A DNA stretch of 64,000 bases from Pseudomonadota bacterium (GTDB taxonomy: Bacteria; Pseudomonadota; Alphaproteobacteria; JBCCHK01), in contig JBCCHK010000004.1 in assembly GCA_039028835.1 (NCBI GenBank), forward strand, positions 2,497 to 66,496. The letters are read 5' to 3'. The notes under the pieces are model-generated. The model was not told where the DNA came from. It worked only from the letters and a program-made list of their open reading frames with translations, and did no database searches. Positions 37,014 through 48,022 of this stretch are shown here, in pieces; positions within the stretch are counted from its first letter, which is position 1, and every line of letters starts with the position of its first letter. The translations under genes and the position numbers were made by a program.

Positions 37014-38807
37014 ATGAACATTCGTAACTTTGCCATTATTGCCCACATCGATCACGGCAAGTCGACTCTTGCTGATCGCTTGATCCAGCAATGTGGCGGC
37101 TTGCAAGAACGAGACATGCGCAAGCAGGTTTTGGACTCGATGGACTTAGAACGCGAGCGTGGCATCACCATCAAGGCGCAAACGGTGCGCCTTGCCTATC
37201 AAGCTCAAAACGGCCAGGACTATCAACTTAACTTGATGGACACACCCGGCCATGTGGACTTTGCTTATGAGGTAAGCCGCTGTATGGCCGCGTGTGAGGG
37301 ATCGATTCTGGTGGTGGATGCCACTCAAGGGGTGGAAGCGCAAACCCTTGCCAACGTCTATCAGGCCATCGATGCCGGGCATGAGATCATTCCGGTGATT
37401 AACAAAATCGACTTACCCGCCTCGGACCCGGCTGCGGTAAAAAAGCAGATACAAGACGTGATCGGATTATCCGGTGATGATGCCATCGACGTGTCGGCTA
37501 AGACGGGTCAGGGGATTGATGAATTACTAGAAGCGTTGGTTGCTCGCCTGCCGCCGCCACAAGAGAGCGATCCCGATGCACCCCTGCAGGCCCTCTTGAT
37601 CGACAGCCGCTATGATGCCTATTTGGGTGTGGTGATGCTGGTACGCATCCGCCAAGGCACCCTCAGGCGCGGCGGTAAAATTCGCTTTGCCAGCACCAAA
37701 GCCGTGCACACCGTGGAGAAGGTCGGCTATACCACGCCAAAGCCGGTGGCTATCGATGCGCTGTATCCCGGTGAGGTGGGTTTTATCGTCGCAGGCATCA
37801 AGGACATCGGCCAAACTCTGATCGGCGATACCCTGACGGACGATCTTAAGACGCCGCCGCCGCCGCTGGCCGGGTTTCGGCGGAGCGAGCCGGTTGTATA
37901 TTGCGGCTTGTTTCCGGTCGATTCAGGCGATTTAGGGCGGCTGCGCAATGCGCTCGGGCGCCTTTCGCTTAATGATACGGGTCTGCGCTGGGAGCCAGAG
38001 AAGTCCACGGCCCTGGGGCATGGCTTTCGTCTGGGGTGTTTGGGTTTGTTGCATCTGGAGGTCATCCAAGAGCGTTTGATCCGTGAATTCGATATAGATT
38101 TGTTTACCGCCGCGCCTTCGGTGTTGTATCGGGTGCACGGGCGGGGCGGCTCGGTGCGCCCGGTTCATAATCCCGCAGACTTACCGGACCCGACGCAGAT
38201 AGAAAAGATCGAAGAGCCCTGGCTTACGGCAACGATCATCAGCCCCGCCGATCACGTCGGCGGGATCATCACGTTGTGTCAAGACCGTCGTGGGGTGCAA
38301 AAAGACATTGCCTACAGCGGCACACGGGCGGTCATTCGCTATGATCTGCCGCTTAATGAGGTCATCTATGATTTTTACGATCAACTCAAGTCTCTTTCTC
38401 ACGGCTATGCCAGCTTGGATTATCAGGTCGACGCCTACCGCGAGGGGGATCTGGTGAAGATGACGATTCTTGTCAATCACGAGCCGGTCGATGCCCTTGC
38501 CAACATCGTGCATCGTCGTGGAGCGCAACGGCTCGGGCGCCAGGTGTGCGAGCGGCTTGTGGATCTTATTCCGCGCCAGCTCTATAAAATTGCTGTACAA
38601 GCGGCCATTGGCGGTAAAATTATTGCCCGCGAGACGGTCTCGGCTATGCGCAAGGATGTGACCGCCAAGTGTTACGGCGGTGATGTGACGCGCAAGCGTA
38701 AATTACTAGAAAAACAAAAGGCCGGGAAAAAGCGAATGATGCGCCACGGCAAGGTGGAAATCCCGCAAAATGCCTTTATCGAGGTGCTACGCCACCAAGA
38801 CTCTTGA
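37014..38807 (+). CDS. lepA: Translation elongation factor 4 (LepA)
   Basis: G motifs [17 protein letters not shown] and NKIDL, plus the LepA-specific C-terminal domain ([14 protein letters not shown]). Confidence 0.97.
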   Translation: MNIRNFAIIAHIDHGKSTLADRLIQQCGGLQERDMRKQVLDSMDLERERGITIKAQTVRLAYQAQNGQDYQLNLMDTPGHVDFAYEVSRCMAACEGSILVVDATQGVEAQTLANVYQAIDAGHEIIPVINKIDLPASDPAAVKKQIQDVIGLSGDDAIDVSAKTGQGIDELLEALVARLPPPQESDPDAPLQALLIDSRYDAYLGVVMLVRIRQGTLRRGGKIRFASTKAVHTVEKVGYTTPKPVAIDALYPGEVGFIVAGIKDIGQTLIGDTLTDDLKTPPPPLAGFRRSEPVVYCGLFPVDSGDLGRLRNALGRLSLNDTGLRWEPEKSTALGHGFRLGCLGLLHLEVIQERLIREFDIDLFTAAPSVLYRVHGRGGSVRPVHNPADLPDPTQIEKIEEPWLTATIISPADHVGGIITLCQDRRGVQKDIAYSGTRAVIRYDLPLNEVIYDFYDQLKSLSHGYASLDYQVDAYREGDLVKMTILVNHEPVDALANIVHRRGAQRLGRQVCERLVDLIPRQLYKIAVQAAIGGKIIARETVSAMRKDVTAKCYGGDVTRKRKLLEKQKAGKKRMMRHGKVEIPQNAFIEVLRHQDS

Positions 38808-39405
38808 TCGATGCGCCTGCTACCAGATGGGGATGATCGGTCAGAGATAGAAAAGGTAGATCGGACGGCGCATTACCATAGCCGTAGATGCGATCAAAGG
38901 GGCCGTGCGCCCTCAGCCATGTTTTTATCAGCGCGGCCTTGTCTTGCCGCACACAGTTCACGTCATCAAGGGCCCCGGTTAGAATACCGTTTTCTATCTT
39001 AAGGCGAGTCGCAAGGTAGGCTTCAAGGCCAAAGGTTTTTTGCAAAATAGGGGCGATAAACACATCGCATGCGCCGGTCGCAATTAAAATCTCATCCCCG
39101 TCCTGGCGATGACGCGCAAGGGCGGCCAGGCCGCGACGATGCCAGGAAAAACGGGTGTTCAGGGCGGCGTGCTGGGCTGCGGCCACCGATGCCCCAGGCA
39201 GGAGTGCGCCGAGCAACCGGCGCTTAAAGCGGGTGCGTCGGTCCTCCGGCTTGGTTTTTTTATGAGATGGCCGGACCATCGCAGCAGTCGCGATGAGGAT
39301 GGCCCGGTGTACGGCGCCCGCCCCGCATAACGCCACGAGCCACGGCACCAGAGTATCGCGCCGGGTTAAGGTCTTATCAAAATCGAAAACAGCCAAGGTG
39401 CGCAT
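38776..39405 (-). CDS. HAD-IB family hydrolase (phosphoserine-phosphatase-like); start trimmed to [13 protein letters not shown]
   Basis: HAD motif I DFDKTL and a C-terminal [13 protein letters not shown]. It overlaps the 3' end of lepA convergently by 32 bp. Confidence 0.7.
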   Translation of the reverse strand: MRTLAVFDFDKTLTRRDTLVPWLVALCGAGAVHRAILIATAAMVRPSHKKTKPEDRRTRFKRRLLGALLPGASVAAAQHAALNTRFSWHRRGLAALARHRQDGDEILIATGACDVFIAPILQKTFGLEAYLATRLKIENGILTGALDDVNCVRQDKAALIKTWLRAHGPFDRIYGYGNAPSDLPFLSLTDHPHLVAGASIKSLGGVAPR

Positions 39406-39413
39406 CACGCCGA

Positions 39414-40340
39414 TCAGGATTGAAATTGATAGTATAGAAAAGCGATATAAGATAAGAGCAAAACACCGCCAACCCATCGCGCACCCGGTCGAAAGGTCAT
39501 CAACGCCAGGGCAAAACTCGTTGGCAGGAGCATTGCTCCGGTCAAGACAAACAGCGACGGATCAAACATCATCGGATGGATCGCCGCTGCGCCCCCTAGG
39601 ATGATCGTGATGTTAAAGATGTTCGAGCCTAAAATATTACCCAAGGCCACGGCAAACTGATTGTGCCGCACGGCAATGATGCAGGTCACAAGCTCCGGCA
39701 GGGATGTCCCGATCGCCACCACACTGATCGCCAGAATCGCGTGGGGAATCCCCAAGGCGCTGCCGGTGGCGAGCACGCCCTCCACCAAAAAATGTGCTCC
39801 GAGCGCAAGGCCAAAGCCGCCACCAATCAATGCTGTTACACTTAAAGCCAGCGAAGCATTCTCACCTGTTGCCGGCACATCGGCTTGATGCTTGTGGTAA
39901 CTCCAGAAGATATAGCCGCCGTGTCCTGCGACCAAGATAAGGCCCACCCAGCGGGGAATCATGCCGATCAGCAATAGAAAAATCAGCACGCCGGCAAGGA
40001 TGAGCATAACAATACAGTCGCTGGCAAATTGTGCCGGTTTGTGATGTTTTAAGATTGGCCCGACCAGCAAGGTAACGCCAAGCACGAGTCCGACATTGGC
40101 GATGTTAGAGCCTGCCGCATTGCCCACCGCAATATCGGCATAGCCGCCGAGGTTGGCATAGATGCTCGCCACCAATTCGGGCAAAGAGGTCCCAAAGGCC
40201 ACCATGGTCAAGCCGATGATGGCAGGCGGAAGCCGCAAGATCATCGCCAGGCGTACAGCGGCGTGGACCGTGAAGGTGCCGCCGACCAGCAAAATCACAA
40301 GCCCGCCGATCAGCTGGACAAAGGGGAGCAAAAGGGACAC
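39414..40340 (-). CDS. CaCA-family cation/calcium antiporter (YrbG-like)
   Basis: About 10 TM helices and two alpha-repeat motifs (GTSLPELVASI and GTSLPELVTCI). Confidence 0.85.
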   Translation of the reverse strand: MSLLLPFVQLIGGLVILLVGGTFTVHAAVRLAMILRLPPAIIGLTMVAFGTSLPELVASIYANLGGYADIAVGNAAGSNIANVGLVLGVTLLVGPILKHHKPAQFASDCIVMLILAGVLIFLLLIGMIPRWVGLILVAGHGGYIFWSYHKHQADVPATGENASLALSVTALIGGGFGLALGAHFLVEGVLATGSALGIPHAILAISVVAIGTSLPELVTCIIAVRHNQFAVALGNILGSNIFNITIILGGAAAIHPMMFDPSLFVLTGAMLLPTSFALALMTFRPGARWVGGVLLLSYIAFLYYQFQS

Positions 40341-40480
40341 GGGAATCTCGCGGAATAAAGAAAAAGGGCCGCCGCAAAATTGATGATATCATAGGCTTTG
40401 CTGATAGGGGTGGCCGCAAGCCCGTCAGGTTTCGCCCCCAAGATTGTGGTAGGCCTAGGCATGAAGGCTTATAAGTGAGG

Positions 40481-40516
40481 CTTACAGCAAGGTTTACAGC
40501 AAGGTTTACATAAGCG
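40481..40516. repeat. 12-bp tandem repeat TTACAGCAAGGT x2 plus a degenerate third unit, in the divergent spacer between the antiporter gene and dgt
   Basis: Read directly. Confidence 0.8.
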
Positions 40517-40533
40517 TTATCAAAAGAGTTCTC

Positions 40534-40563
40534 TATGGTATTGGTCGTGATGGTATTGATCGT
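40534..40563. repeat. 15-bp tandem duplication ATGGTATTGGTCGTG / ATGGTATTGATCGTG
   Basis: Read directly, with one mismatch between the units. Confidence 0.8.
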
Positions 40564-40616
40564 GCCTCTCATGGATTGCCCGAAGCGACACGCGAGTCTC
40601 CAAGCAAGGCTGCACG

Positions 40617-41798
40617 ATGTCTCTTGACCGGCCGGTGGCGTGGCCCAAAGCGTCGGCGCGTGCGCCCTATGCCTGCAATCCGCCGCCGCGTTTAGGGCAA
40701 GACAATCAGGGATTTGATCGACGTACCACCTTTCAGCGGGACCGAGACCGGATTTTGCATGCCAACGCCTTTCGCAAGCTCCAGGGCAAGACGCAAGTCT
40801 TCTCGCAAGCCTTTTCCGACGGGCAAAACGACTACTACCGCACCCGCCTCACCCACTCGCTTGAGGTCGCGCAGATTGCGCGCGGCGCGGCGCGGGCCTT
40901 GGCGGTCGATGAAGACCTGACCGAGGCTATTGCATTGGCCCACGATTTGGGTCACCCACCCTTTGGTCACACTGGCGAAGAGGTGCTGGACGATTTTTGT
41001 GCGCCAGTCGGCGGCTTCGATCACAACGTCCAGGCATTGCGGATCGTCATCGAGCTAGAGCGCATGTACGCGGCGTTCGATGGATTGGGATTGAGCCCGG
41101 CATGTTTGGAGGGGCTCATCAAGCATAACGGGCCGATCCGTGATCCTGCGGAGATGAAAATGGGGGCCTTGTTGGGGGCCTACGATCAAGCCTATGAACT
41201 GGATTTATCGCACCAAACCAGCCTAGAGGGGCAGATCGCCGCCTGGGCGGATGACGTGGCTTACCTGGCCCATGACTTTCAAGATGGGGTGCGTAGCGGG
41301 GTGTTAGACCCGCAGGTCCATGCGCCGTTGATTGTGCCGATCCGTGACGTGGTAAACGCCCAATACCCTGGTGTGCACCCCCAACGCCTGGCGTTCGAAG
41401 TTGCGCGGCGGCTAATCGATGCATGTTGGCGGGATATGATCGGTCATACCCGCAAGCAGCTTCTTGCAGCGGATATCCAAAGCCTTGCCGCAGTGCGCGA
41501 CCACCCGGACCTTTTGGTGGCCAACAGCCCCGCCCTGCAGTCTGATAAAAAGGCCCTGCGGGCCTTTATGAAAGAGCACCTGTATCATCATGACTCGTTG
41601 ACGGCCCATCGCGCCCAGGTGCCAGATATCATCATGGGCCTAACGGCGCACTATCAGGCGGGTCATTTGCCCCCCGATTGGCAGGATCGCCTGGAAAAAC
41701 AAGACCCAAAGCGGGTGGTCGCGGACTATATCGCCGGGATGACTGACCGTTTTGCCTTACAACGCTATAAGCAGATCACTGATCCGTCGACAGGGTAG
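40617..41798 (+). CDS. Deoxyguanosinetriphosphate triphosphohydrolase-like HD-domain protein
   Basis: Motifs FQRDRDRILH, RTRLTHSLEVAQI and AHDLGHPPFGH, plus the C-terminal YIAGMTDRFA. Confidence 0.9.
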   Translation: MSLDRPVAWPKASARAPYACNPPPRLGQDNQGFDRRTTFQRDRDRILHANAFRKLQGKTQVFSQAFSDGQNDYYRTRLTHSLEVAQIARGAARALAVDEDLTEAIALAHDLGHPPFGHTGEEVLDDFCAPVGGFDHNVQALRIVIELERMYAAFDGLGLSPACLEGLIKHNGPIRDPAEMKMGALLGAYDQAYELDLSHQTSLEGQIAAWADDVAYLAHDFQDGVRSGVLDPQVHAPLIVPIRDVVNAQYPGVHPQRLAFEVARRLIDACWRDMIGHTRKQLLAADIQSLAAVRDHPDLLVANSPALQSDKKALRAFMKEHLYHHDSLTAHRAQVPDIIMGLTAHYQAGHLPPDWQDRLEKQDPKRVVADYIAGMTDRFALQRYKQITDPSTG

Positions 41799-41864
41799 GC
41801 AATACAGGATACCTAAACCCAAGCGCAATGTTCGGCTTGTCGTGAGTCTTATGATCGGTTATGA

Positions 41865-42878
41865 GTGAGTATGGCTGAAAAGAACGCAACATCCCGATTT
41901 TCTATTATCTCGGCAATCGTCGGCGTATTTGTCTTCGTCGGCCTTATCGGCTTTGGCTATTTGCAGTATCGCGCCTACGTCACCCACGGGCATTTTTTCA
42001 TGCCAACCATCGAGGGCATTACGGAAGTCACAACCCCGCCAGTTGATCCTGATGGCCAGCCGATCCCCAACCAAGACAGCGTCATTCTCGGCGAGAATGT
42101 GGCCAGCGAGGAGGTTGTGCTCACCCAGCCCAGCCAAACGCCGGTCGAGCTGGTGCGTCCACAAGAGGATGAGGGCACCCCAACCATGACGGATGCCATG
42201 ACGGACACGATGACGGGCGAAACGGTGGCGCAAACCCAAAGCGCGCAAACCCAAAGCGATGGACAAGACACTAGGCAGGACAACACACAAGACGACGGAC
42301 AGGCGATCCAGGGCACCAGCACCCAAGGTGATACCTCGTCCTATGCGACGGCGTCACCCTTACCTGAGCAGGACACACAAGCACTACCCCAGGTGGCGCT
42401 TTCCCAACGTCCAGCCCTACAAGACGCTGGAGCGGACGACGCGCCGGCCGTCGCGGCCACCGATGCGGGTGAGGTCGCTCAGGCCGATATGCCCGCTAGT
42501 GCCCAGGGTCATGAGGCCCAAGCCACGCCGGACGCGCTTGCCACGTCCGCCACACCTGCCAGCGATGAGATGTCGGGGGACGCCGCCGATGATATTTCTG
42601 ATGATGCCACCTCTGATGATACTGTGGGGGTGTCCAGCGGCTATCGCATCCAGTTGGCGTCGGTCGATTCTCGCGCCGGAGCCGAGCGTGAATGGCAACG
42701 CCTGGCACCGCGGCTCGAAGAACTCCTGGCCGAGGCGAGGCCGCGCTACCAATCGGCGCAGGTGCGCGGCGTGACCTGGTACCGGATTCAGGTGCCGGTC
42801 GATGATCTCGCTGCAGGTCAGGCCTTGTGCGAGCAGATCAAGTCTCGTCAGATTCCTTGCCTAGTGTTGGCTCCCTGA
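41865..42878 (+). CDS. SPOR-domain protein (N-terminal TM helix, acidic/Thr/Gln-rich linker, C-terminal SPOR)
   Basis: C-terminal segment SGYRIQLASVDSRAGAEREWQRL...VTWYRIQV. It precedes nagZ, a common order in alphaproteobacteria. Confidence 0.75.
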   Translation: MSMAEKNATSRFSIISAIVGVFVFVGLIGFGYLQYRAYVTHGHFFMPTIEGITEVTTPPVDPDGQPIPNQDSVILGENVASEEVVLTQPSQTPVELVRPQEDEGTPTMTDAMTDTMTGETVAQTQSAQTQSDGQDTRQDNTQDDGQAIQGTSTQGDTSSYATASPLPEQDTQALPQVALSQRPALQDAGADDAPAVAATDAGEVAQADMPASAQGHEAQATPDALATSATPASDEMSGDAADDISDDATSDDTVGVSSGYRIQLASVDSRAGAEREWQRLAPRLEELLAEARPRYQSAQVRGVTWYRIQVPVDDLAAGQALCEQIKSRQIPCLVLAP

Positions 42879-43840
42879 GATCAGCGGTCATTCTCAGCTG
42901 CGCCGGTACGCGGCTTACACCACGGGAAGCGATCCTTTTCGCCCGGCTCAAGCCCGCTGGGGTTTTCCTTTTCAAACGCAATTGCCGCACCCCTGAGCAA
43001 CTCGCTCGGCTCGTGCGTGAGATCCGCCAAGTAGCTGGGCCCGGGCCAGCGGGGCCAGGACCCACAGGTGATGACATCCTCATTGGCATCGACCAAGAAG
43101 GGGGCCGGGTTGCCCGGATGCGCCCGCCCGCCTGGCGGTCTTTACCGGCACCCGGTTGGTTGCGGGATGTGCCCCGGCGGCATCGGGAACGCGCCGCCCG
43201 CGCTCACGCCCGTCGTACTGTGGCAATGCTGCGCCCTGCGGGGATTAACGCCAATGCTACCCCCCTGCTGGACTTGGCGATTCCTGGCGCGGACGCGATC
43301 ATCGGTGATCGCGCCCTAGGCGACACCGTGCGCGACGTTGTTGATCTTGCGCGAATCATTCACGAAGAACACCTGGCGGGCGGCGTCTTGCCCATTATCA
43401 AGCACCTGCCGGGCCATGGCCGGGTCATGGGTGATCCCCACGACCGTGCTATCCGCATCACGGCGGATCATAGGACCCTGGTGCGAGAGGATTTTGCACC
43501 CTTTCGCGCCTTTGCGGACGCGCCTGCGGGGCTGGTGGGGCACCCGATCTACCCGGTGATTGATCCGCACAAGCCGGCGAGCCTATCATCGGCGGTGATC
43601 GAGCGGTGGATTCGCCAAGAAATCGGCTTTACCGGCCTTTTAATCAGCGATGATCTGGCCATGGGGGCGTTGCGTGGGCCGATGGCGCGGCGGGTGCAGG
43701 CAAGCCTGGCGGCCGGTTGCGATTTGGCATTGTATTGTCGCGGGCGGCTGGTGGTGATGGAAAACATCGGCCAAGCCGCGCCGGTTCTGACGGGCGCGGC
43801 CTTGGATCGTTTCAATCGGGCGATGGCTTTGTTGCGATAA
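42827..43840 (+). CDS. nagZ: Beta-N-acetylhexosaminidase NagZ (GH3); start uncertain (ATG 42827 or TTG 42857)
   Basis: Motifs IDQEGGRVAR, KHLPGHGR and ISDDLAMGAL. Confidence 0.8.
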   Translation: MRADQVSSDSLPSVGSLRSAVILSCAGTRLTPREAILFARLKPAGVFLFKRNCRTPEQLARLVREIRQVAGPGPAGPGPTGDDILIGIDQEGGRVARMRPPAWRSLPAPGWLRDVPRRHRERAARAHARRTVAMLRPAGINANATPLLDLAIPGADAIIGDRALGDTVRDVVDLARIIHEEHLAGGVLPIIKHLPGHGRVMGDPHDRAIRITADHRTLVREDFAPFRAFADAPAGLVGHPIYPVIDPHKPASLSSAVIERWIRQEIGFTGLLISDDLAMGALRGPMARRVQASLAAGCDLALYCRGRLVVMENIGQAAPVLTGAALDRFNRAMALLR

Positions 43841-44324
43841 TCTCGGCAAAATTGCAGGGTTTATGGCGCGCATCCAGTTGCAAGCGGAGGATCTGATCCC
43901 ACGCATCACGGCAAGCCCCCGGTGAGCCTGGCAGGCAAAACACCAAGCCATCCCCGATCCAACCGGCAAAACAACGGGACTGAATGGCGGACGTGCCAAT
44001 CTGTTCATAGCTGATCCGGCGAAACAGTTCGCCAAAGCCGTCGATGGGGCACGTTAGCAGCGGCATCACTGCCTGGACCGTGACATCGCGCGGACGAAAG
44101 CCGGTGCCACCGGTGGTGAGGATCACCTGGGTTCCTTCAGCCAGCCAGGGGCGGATACAGCCTTGGATCGCGACAATCTCATCGGGCACGATGGCCTTAT
44201 GGCTAAGGATGTGACCGCTTTCGTGCACCTGCTCTTGCAAAAAACCGCCGGATCGGTCGGTGCGCGGGGTGCGGGTATCGCTGATCGTCAGCACCCCGAT
44301 CTTGAGGGGGATGAACATGGTCAC
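43812..44324 (-). CDS. moaB: Molybdenum cofactor biosynthesis protein B (MoaB/MogA family)
   Basis: Motifs IGVLTISDTR and TTGGTGFRPRDVT. Length is about 170 aa. Confidence 0.85.
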   Translation of the reverse strand: MTMFIPLKIGVLTISDTRTPRTDRSGGFLQEQVHESGHILSHKAIVPDEIVAIQGCIRPWLAEGTQVILTTGGTGFRPRDVTVQAVMPLLTCPIDGFGELFRRISYEQIGTSAIQSRCFAGWIGDGLVFCLPGSPGACRDAWDQILRLQLDARHKPCNFAEIIATKPSPD

Positions 44325-46030
44325 GGCAGGTCCTCAGGGGACAGGACGGGCCATCGATTGGAGGCCAGAGTCTCCAATGACGGTGTCGGCAGTTCTAAAA
44401 GATGACGATAAATCCAGTAATTCGCCATGATCCGTTCGATATACTGGCGGGTTTGAATCCATGGGATGCTGTGGATCGCCAGCAAGGGATCGGATTGATC
44501 GGCACTGATCTCTTGGTACTTGGCGCGGTGTTTTTTGACTTGGGTGGGCCCCGCATTATAAGAGGCAATCGTATAGATCAGGTCCCCCTCTTCGGCCACC
44601 AGGATCGACTTGAAGTAGGCCTTACCAAGCTCGACGTTGACATTGGGATCGAGCAGGATGCGCCGCTGGGCGGTGGTGCGATAACGATCACCGGTGACCG
44701 CCTTGGCGGCGATGGGGCGGACTTGCATGAGGCCGTAGGCTTGGCGATTGCTGACCGCATCGGGGCGAAAACGGGACTCTTGGCGGATGATGGCGTGAAT
44801 CAGGGCACTGCTGACCGGGTGCTGGGCATGCCAGGGCCCCATGGGATACAAGGCTGCGGCGTAGGAGGTGTTCTCCTCATCGGTGACGATACTGCCGACA
44901 AACAAGGCCGCCCGGGGCAGCAAGAAGGTGTAGGCGAACACAGCGATATCGCGCAAGAGCTCGGGGTCATCCCGGTGAGCTTGTGCGAGGTACATGAGCT
45001 CGAGCTCGGCGCGGTCCATGCGCCCGACCTGGACAAGTCCTAAGGCGCGCGCACCAGCGGGGTGATCGGTGATGGTGCGCATGATGCCCTGGTTTAGGGG
45101 CGGCATGGCAAGGGACCAGACCTCCAGATCACCACCCAGCGCGAGCGAAAGCTGGCCATAAAAGGTTAAGGGAAACTGGGCGGCGCGAAGCAGCCAGGTG
45201 CGTAGTTTTTCCGGTTGTTCCGCGCGCAGCCAAGCTCGACCAGCCCAAAAGGCGGTGCGCGCCTTCGTCCAAGCATCGCCACACTCGGCGTCGTAGGCTT
45301 GCTCAAAATGCACGGCGGCAACGCCGTAGCTTTGCATGCGCCAGGCGACCAATCCGGCGATCCACCGTGCGGTGGGATCGTTATGGGTGGCAAGGGCGTC
45401 CGCGGCGGTATCGCCAGCCTTATCAAACAGCCCCTCGATGTAATAGCTTTGCGCAACCAGCCCCATGAGGTAGGCATATTCGTCCGCCCGTAGGCGATTG
45501 CGTTGGCTCGCCAGGTTCTGGCGGGTGGCGGTCGGGCGGGAGCGGCTGAGGTCGCGCCGGGTTTGGCGAGTGAGGTTGCGCACGACGCTGTTGCGGTCAG
45601 GCGGCTCGCAGTCGATGGCGCCAAAGTTCTCCCCTTGGCCGCTGGCGACGGGTAACTCGATGGTGGGTCGCGGCAAGCTCGGCTGATTGCCGCGGCGGCG
45701 ATTGCCCAGTCGCTGGATTTGCCGGGAGCCAGGCTGGTCAGCATAGAGCGCAAGCCAGTCGCGGAGTTCTTGATAGGTCGATCGCCAGCCGGTCGGGTGC
45801 ATGTAGCGTTGAAACAGGACATGGCCCATGAGCCGCCGGTCCTCCAGCTGGTTGATGAGGATATCGGCGTCCTGCCAGTGGGCGGCTTCTTGGATTTCAA
45901 AAATGCGTCGATAGCGTTCGGCGTCGTTGGGTTCGATCAGCCACGGGTTGGCGATTCCCCAAAGGTTTTGCGCCTGCGCGGCGGGACTCGTTGCGATCAA
46001 CCCCGCGATAATAAGCAGGGCGAGTCTCAT
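44321..46030 (-). CDS. Soluble lytic murein transglycosylase (Slt70-like)
   Basis: Signal peptide [20 protein letters not shown], a superhelical N-terminal domain, and catalytic motifs IIRQESRFRPDAVS, GLMQV and ASYNAGP. Confidence 0.82.
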   Translation of the reverse strand: MRLALLIIAGLIATSPAAQAQNLWGIANPWLIEPNDAERYRRIFEIQEAAHWQDADILINQLEDRRLMGHVLFQRYMHPTGWRSTYQELRDWLALYADQPGSRQIQRLGNRRRGNQPSLPRPTIELPVASGQGENFGAIDCEPPDRNSVVRNLTRQTRRDLSRSRPTATRQNLASQRNRLRADEYAYLMGLVAQSYYIEGLFDKAGDTAADALATHNDPTARWIAGLVAWRMQSYGVAAVHFEQAYDAECGDAWTKARTAFWAGRAWLRAEQPEKLRTWLLRAAQFPLTFYGQLSLALGGDLEVWSLAMPPLNQGIMRTITDHPAGARALGLVQVGRMDRAELELMYLAQAHRDDPELLRDIAVFAYTFLLPRAALFVGSIVTDEENTSYAAALYPMGPWHAQHPVSSALIHAIIRQESRFRPDAVSNRQAYGLMQVRPIAAKAVTGDRYRTTAQRRILLDPNVNVELGKAYFKSILVAEEGDLIYTIASYNAGPTQVKKHRAKYQEISADQSDPLLAIHSIPWIQTRQYIERIMANYWIYRHLLELPTPSLETLASNRWPVLSPEDLP

Positions 46031-46962
46031 GGGGTGGCTGCGCGGAGTTGCTGCTGGGTGGCGCGTAGGTCTTGCCAGGCGCGGCGTTTTTGGTGGGGTT
46101 GGCGTAGCAAAAAGGCCGGGTGGTAGGTCACAATGGTCGGTACCGTTTGTGCCGGCACGGTTTGCGCCGTCTCGGCATGCGGTTCGTCGGTGAGCGGCAG
46201 GTTCCAGGATTTCCCGCGCATCGCGCCGACCGCCAACGTGACCTCCAGCAGGCTTTGCGCGGCGACCCGTCCAGCGAGTAAAATCACCTTAGGTCTGGCG
46301 AGAACAATATGGCGGCGGATAAACGGCATGCACATGGCGATCTCGTGCGGATCAGGGTCGCGGTTGCCAGGAGGGCGCCAGGGAATCATGTTGGCGATGT
46401 AAACCCCTTGGGCCGGGTCCGCCGCCAGGCGGTCGCGTCCGATCGCGCGTAGCATCTGATCGAGCAGGCGGCCCGAGCGGCCCACAAAAGGCTTGCCTTG
46501 TTTGTCTTCTTCTGCGCCGGGGGCCTCGCCGATGACCATTAACTCGGCCCCTGCGACCCCGTCACTGAAAACGCAGTTTTGCGCCGTGATCTTAAGCGGG
46601 CAGTCATCAAAAGCCTTAAGGGCCTCGTGTAGCTCGGGCAGTCCTTTTGCCGCTAAAGCCATTGCGGTGGCGGTTTGGATCGCTTGGGCTTGGTTGGGTG
46701 GTGGTGGGTTTTTCGCTTTAGGCACGGTCGGTGATGAGACCAAAGAGGAGGACGATGGGCGGGGCGGCGGCGGGGACGTCAACTGAGCTGGGGTGTTTGA
46801 GGTTGGTTGAGGGGGTGTGTTTGGGGCGTGGGATTCGGACTTTCGTGGGCCGGGGGGACAATCTTGGATGGTTTCGGTGACGCCCATCAGGCGATACCAA
46901 GACAGCAACGCCTGTAGGTCTTTTTGAGGATCGGGCGATCCGTCGCGATGGGAGCCTTTCAT
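46027..46962 (-). CDS. Family-4 uracil-DNA glycosylase with a Pro-rich N-terminal extension
   Basis: Motifs [20 protein letters not shown] and YHPAFLLR. Confidence 0.85.
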   Translation of the reverse strand: MKGSHRDGSPDPQKDLQALLSWYRLMGVTETIQDCPPGPRKSESHAPNTPPQPTSNTPAQLTSPPPPRPSSSSLVSSPTVPKAKNPPPPNQAQAIQTATAMALAAKGLPELHEALKAFDDCPLKITAQNCVFSDGVAGAELMVIGEAPGAEEDKQGKPFVGRSGRLLDQMLRAIGRDRLAADPAQGVYIANMIPWRPPGNRDPDPHEIAMCMPFIRRHIVLARPKVILLAGRVAAQSLLEVTLAVGAMRGKSWNLPLTDEPHAETAQTVPAQTVPTIVTYHPAFLLRQPHQKRRAWQDLRATQQQLRAATP

Positions 46963-47840
46963 TGTTTGGCAGGTTTGCTGCGAACCGTGTCCGAATAGGC
47001 CTCGGAGAGTCTTTTGGTGATATCCCCCGGGGTGAAGGTGAGGTCATCGATGCATCCCACGGGGGTGACTTCGGCGGCGGTGCCGACGATGAAGACCTCT
47101 TGCGCTTGGGCGAGTTCGGCAGGGGCGATGCGGCGAACGCGAACAGGGATCTGCAGCTCTTGGGCGAGCGTGAGGATGGTTTGGCGGGTCAGACCATTGA
47201 GAAAACTGTCCGGGTCAGGGGTGTGCAAGACGCCGTCGATAATCAAAAAAATATTCGCGCCGGTGGCCTCGGCAACATTACCGCGATAATCCAAGGTCAG
47301 GGCGTCTTGGTAGCCTTCTTTTTCTGCCCGATGCTTCGCGAGGGTTAAAATCGCATAGCCGCCTGCCCATTTGGCTTGGGTTGGTGAGGTGTCCGGAGCA
47401 GGGCGGCGCCAGCTGGAGGTTTGCATGCGGATGCCGCGGGTTTTAATCTCTGGGTTGAAATAGCTCGGCCAAGTCCAGGCGGCAATGGCGACATGGATGG
47501 TGGTATCTTGCGCCGAGACGGCCATCATTTCCGACCCGCGCCAGGCGACGGGCCGCAGATAGCCGTCGGTCAGGTTATTCGCGCGCAACACCTGTTGGCA
47601 CGCTTCATCCAGTTCATCGCGGCTGTAGGGGATACTCATGTCCAAAAACATCGCCGAGTCGATAAGTCGTTGTGAGTGATCGGTGAGGCGAAAGATCTCG
47701 CCGTTATAGGCGCGATTGCCTTCAAACACGCAACTGGCGTAGTGCAATCCGTGGCTTAGAACATGCAACTGGGCCTCGCGCCACGCCACGAGCTGGCCGT
47801 CAAGCCATATATATCCATCACGTTGGTCGAAGCTGGGCAT
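46959..47840 (-). CDS. ilvE: Branched-chain amino acid aminotransferase
   Basis: Fold-type IV PLP pattern with HYASCVFEGNRAY, KWAGGYA, EATGANIF and TPxxxxFLNGLTR. It is the first gene of a minus-strand run (ilvE, udg, slt, moaB) in which each gene overlaps the next by 4 bp. Confidence 0.9.
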   Translation of the reverse strand: MPSFDQRDGYIWLDGQLVAWREAQLHVLSHGLHYASCVFEGNRAYNGEIFRLTDHSQRLIDSAMFLDMSIPYSRDELDEACQQVLRANNLTDGYLRPVAWRGSEMMAVSAQDTTIHVAIAAWTWPSYFNPEIKTRGIRMQTSSWRRPAPDTSPTQAKWAGGYAILTLAKHRAEKEGYQDALTLDYRGNVAEATGANIFLIIDGVLHTPDPDSFLNGLTRQTILTLAQELQIPVRVRRIAPAELAQAQEVFIVGTAAEVTPVGCIDDLTFTPGDITKRLSEAYSDTVRSKPAKQ

Positions 47841-47971
47841 GAGGGTGTTCCAAAATCACGTCACACTCTTGTTATCGCGATTGAGGGCGAAGGTGTCAAC
47901 AACCTAACCGCCCACCCTTTAGGCTTGCTTGGTTCGGACGTGGGCCAATGGATAGAAGGCGGGCTCCTCAC

Positions 47972-48002
47972 AGAAAAGCCCTTAGCCATAGGCTAAGGGC
48001 TT
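47972..48002 (-). terminator. Rho-independent terminator downstream of the H1-like gene
   Basis: A 12-bp perfect stem, AAGCCCTTAGCC-ata-GGCTAAGGGCTT, followed on the minus strand by TTTTCTGTG. Confidence 0.65.
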
Positions 48003-48022
48003 CACTGTAAGGGCCGGGCGCG

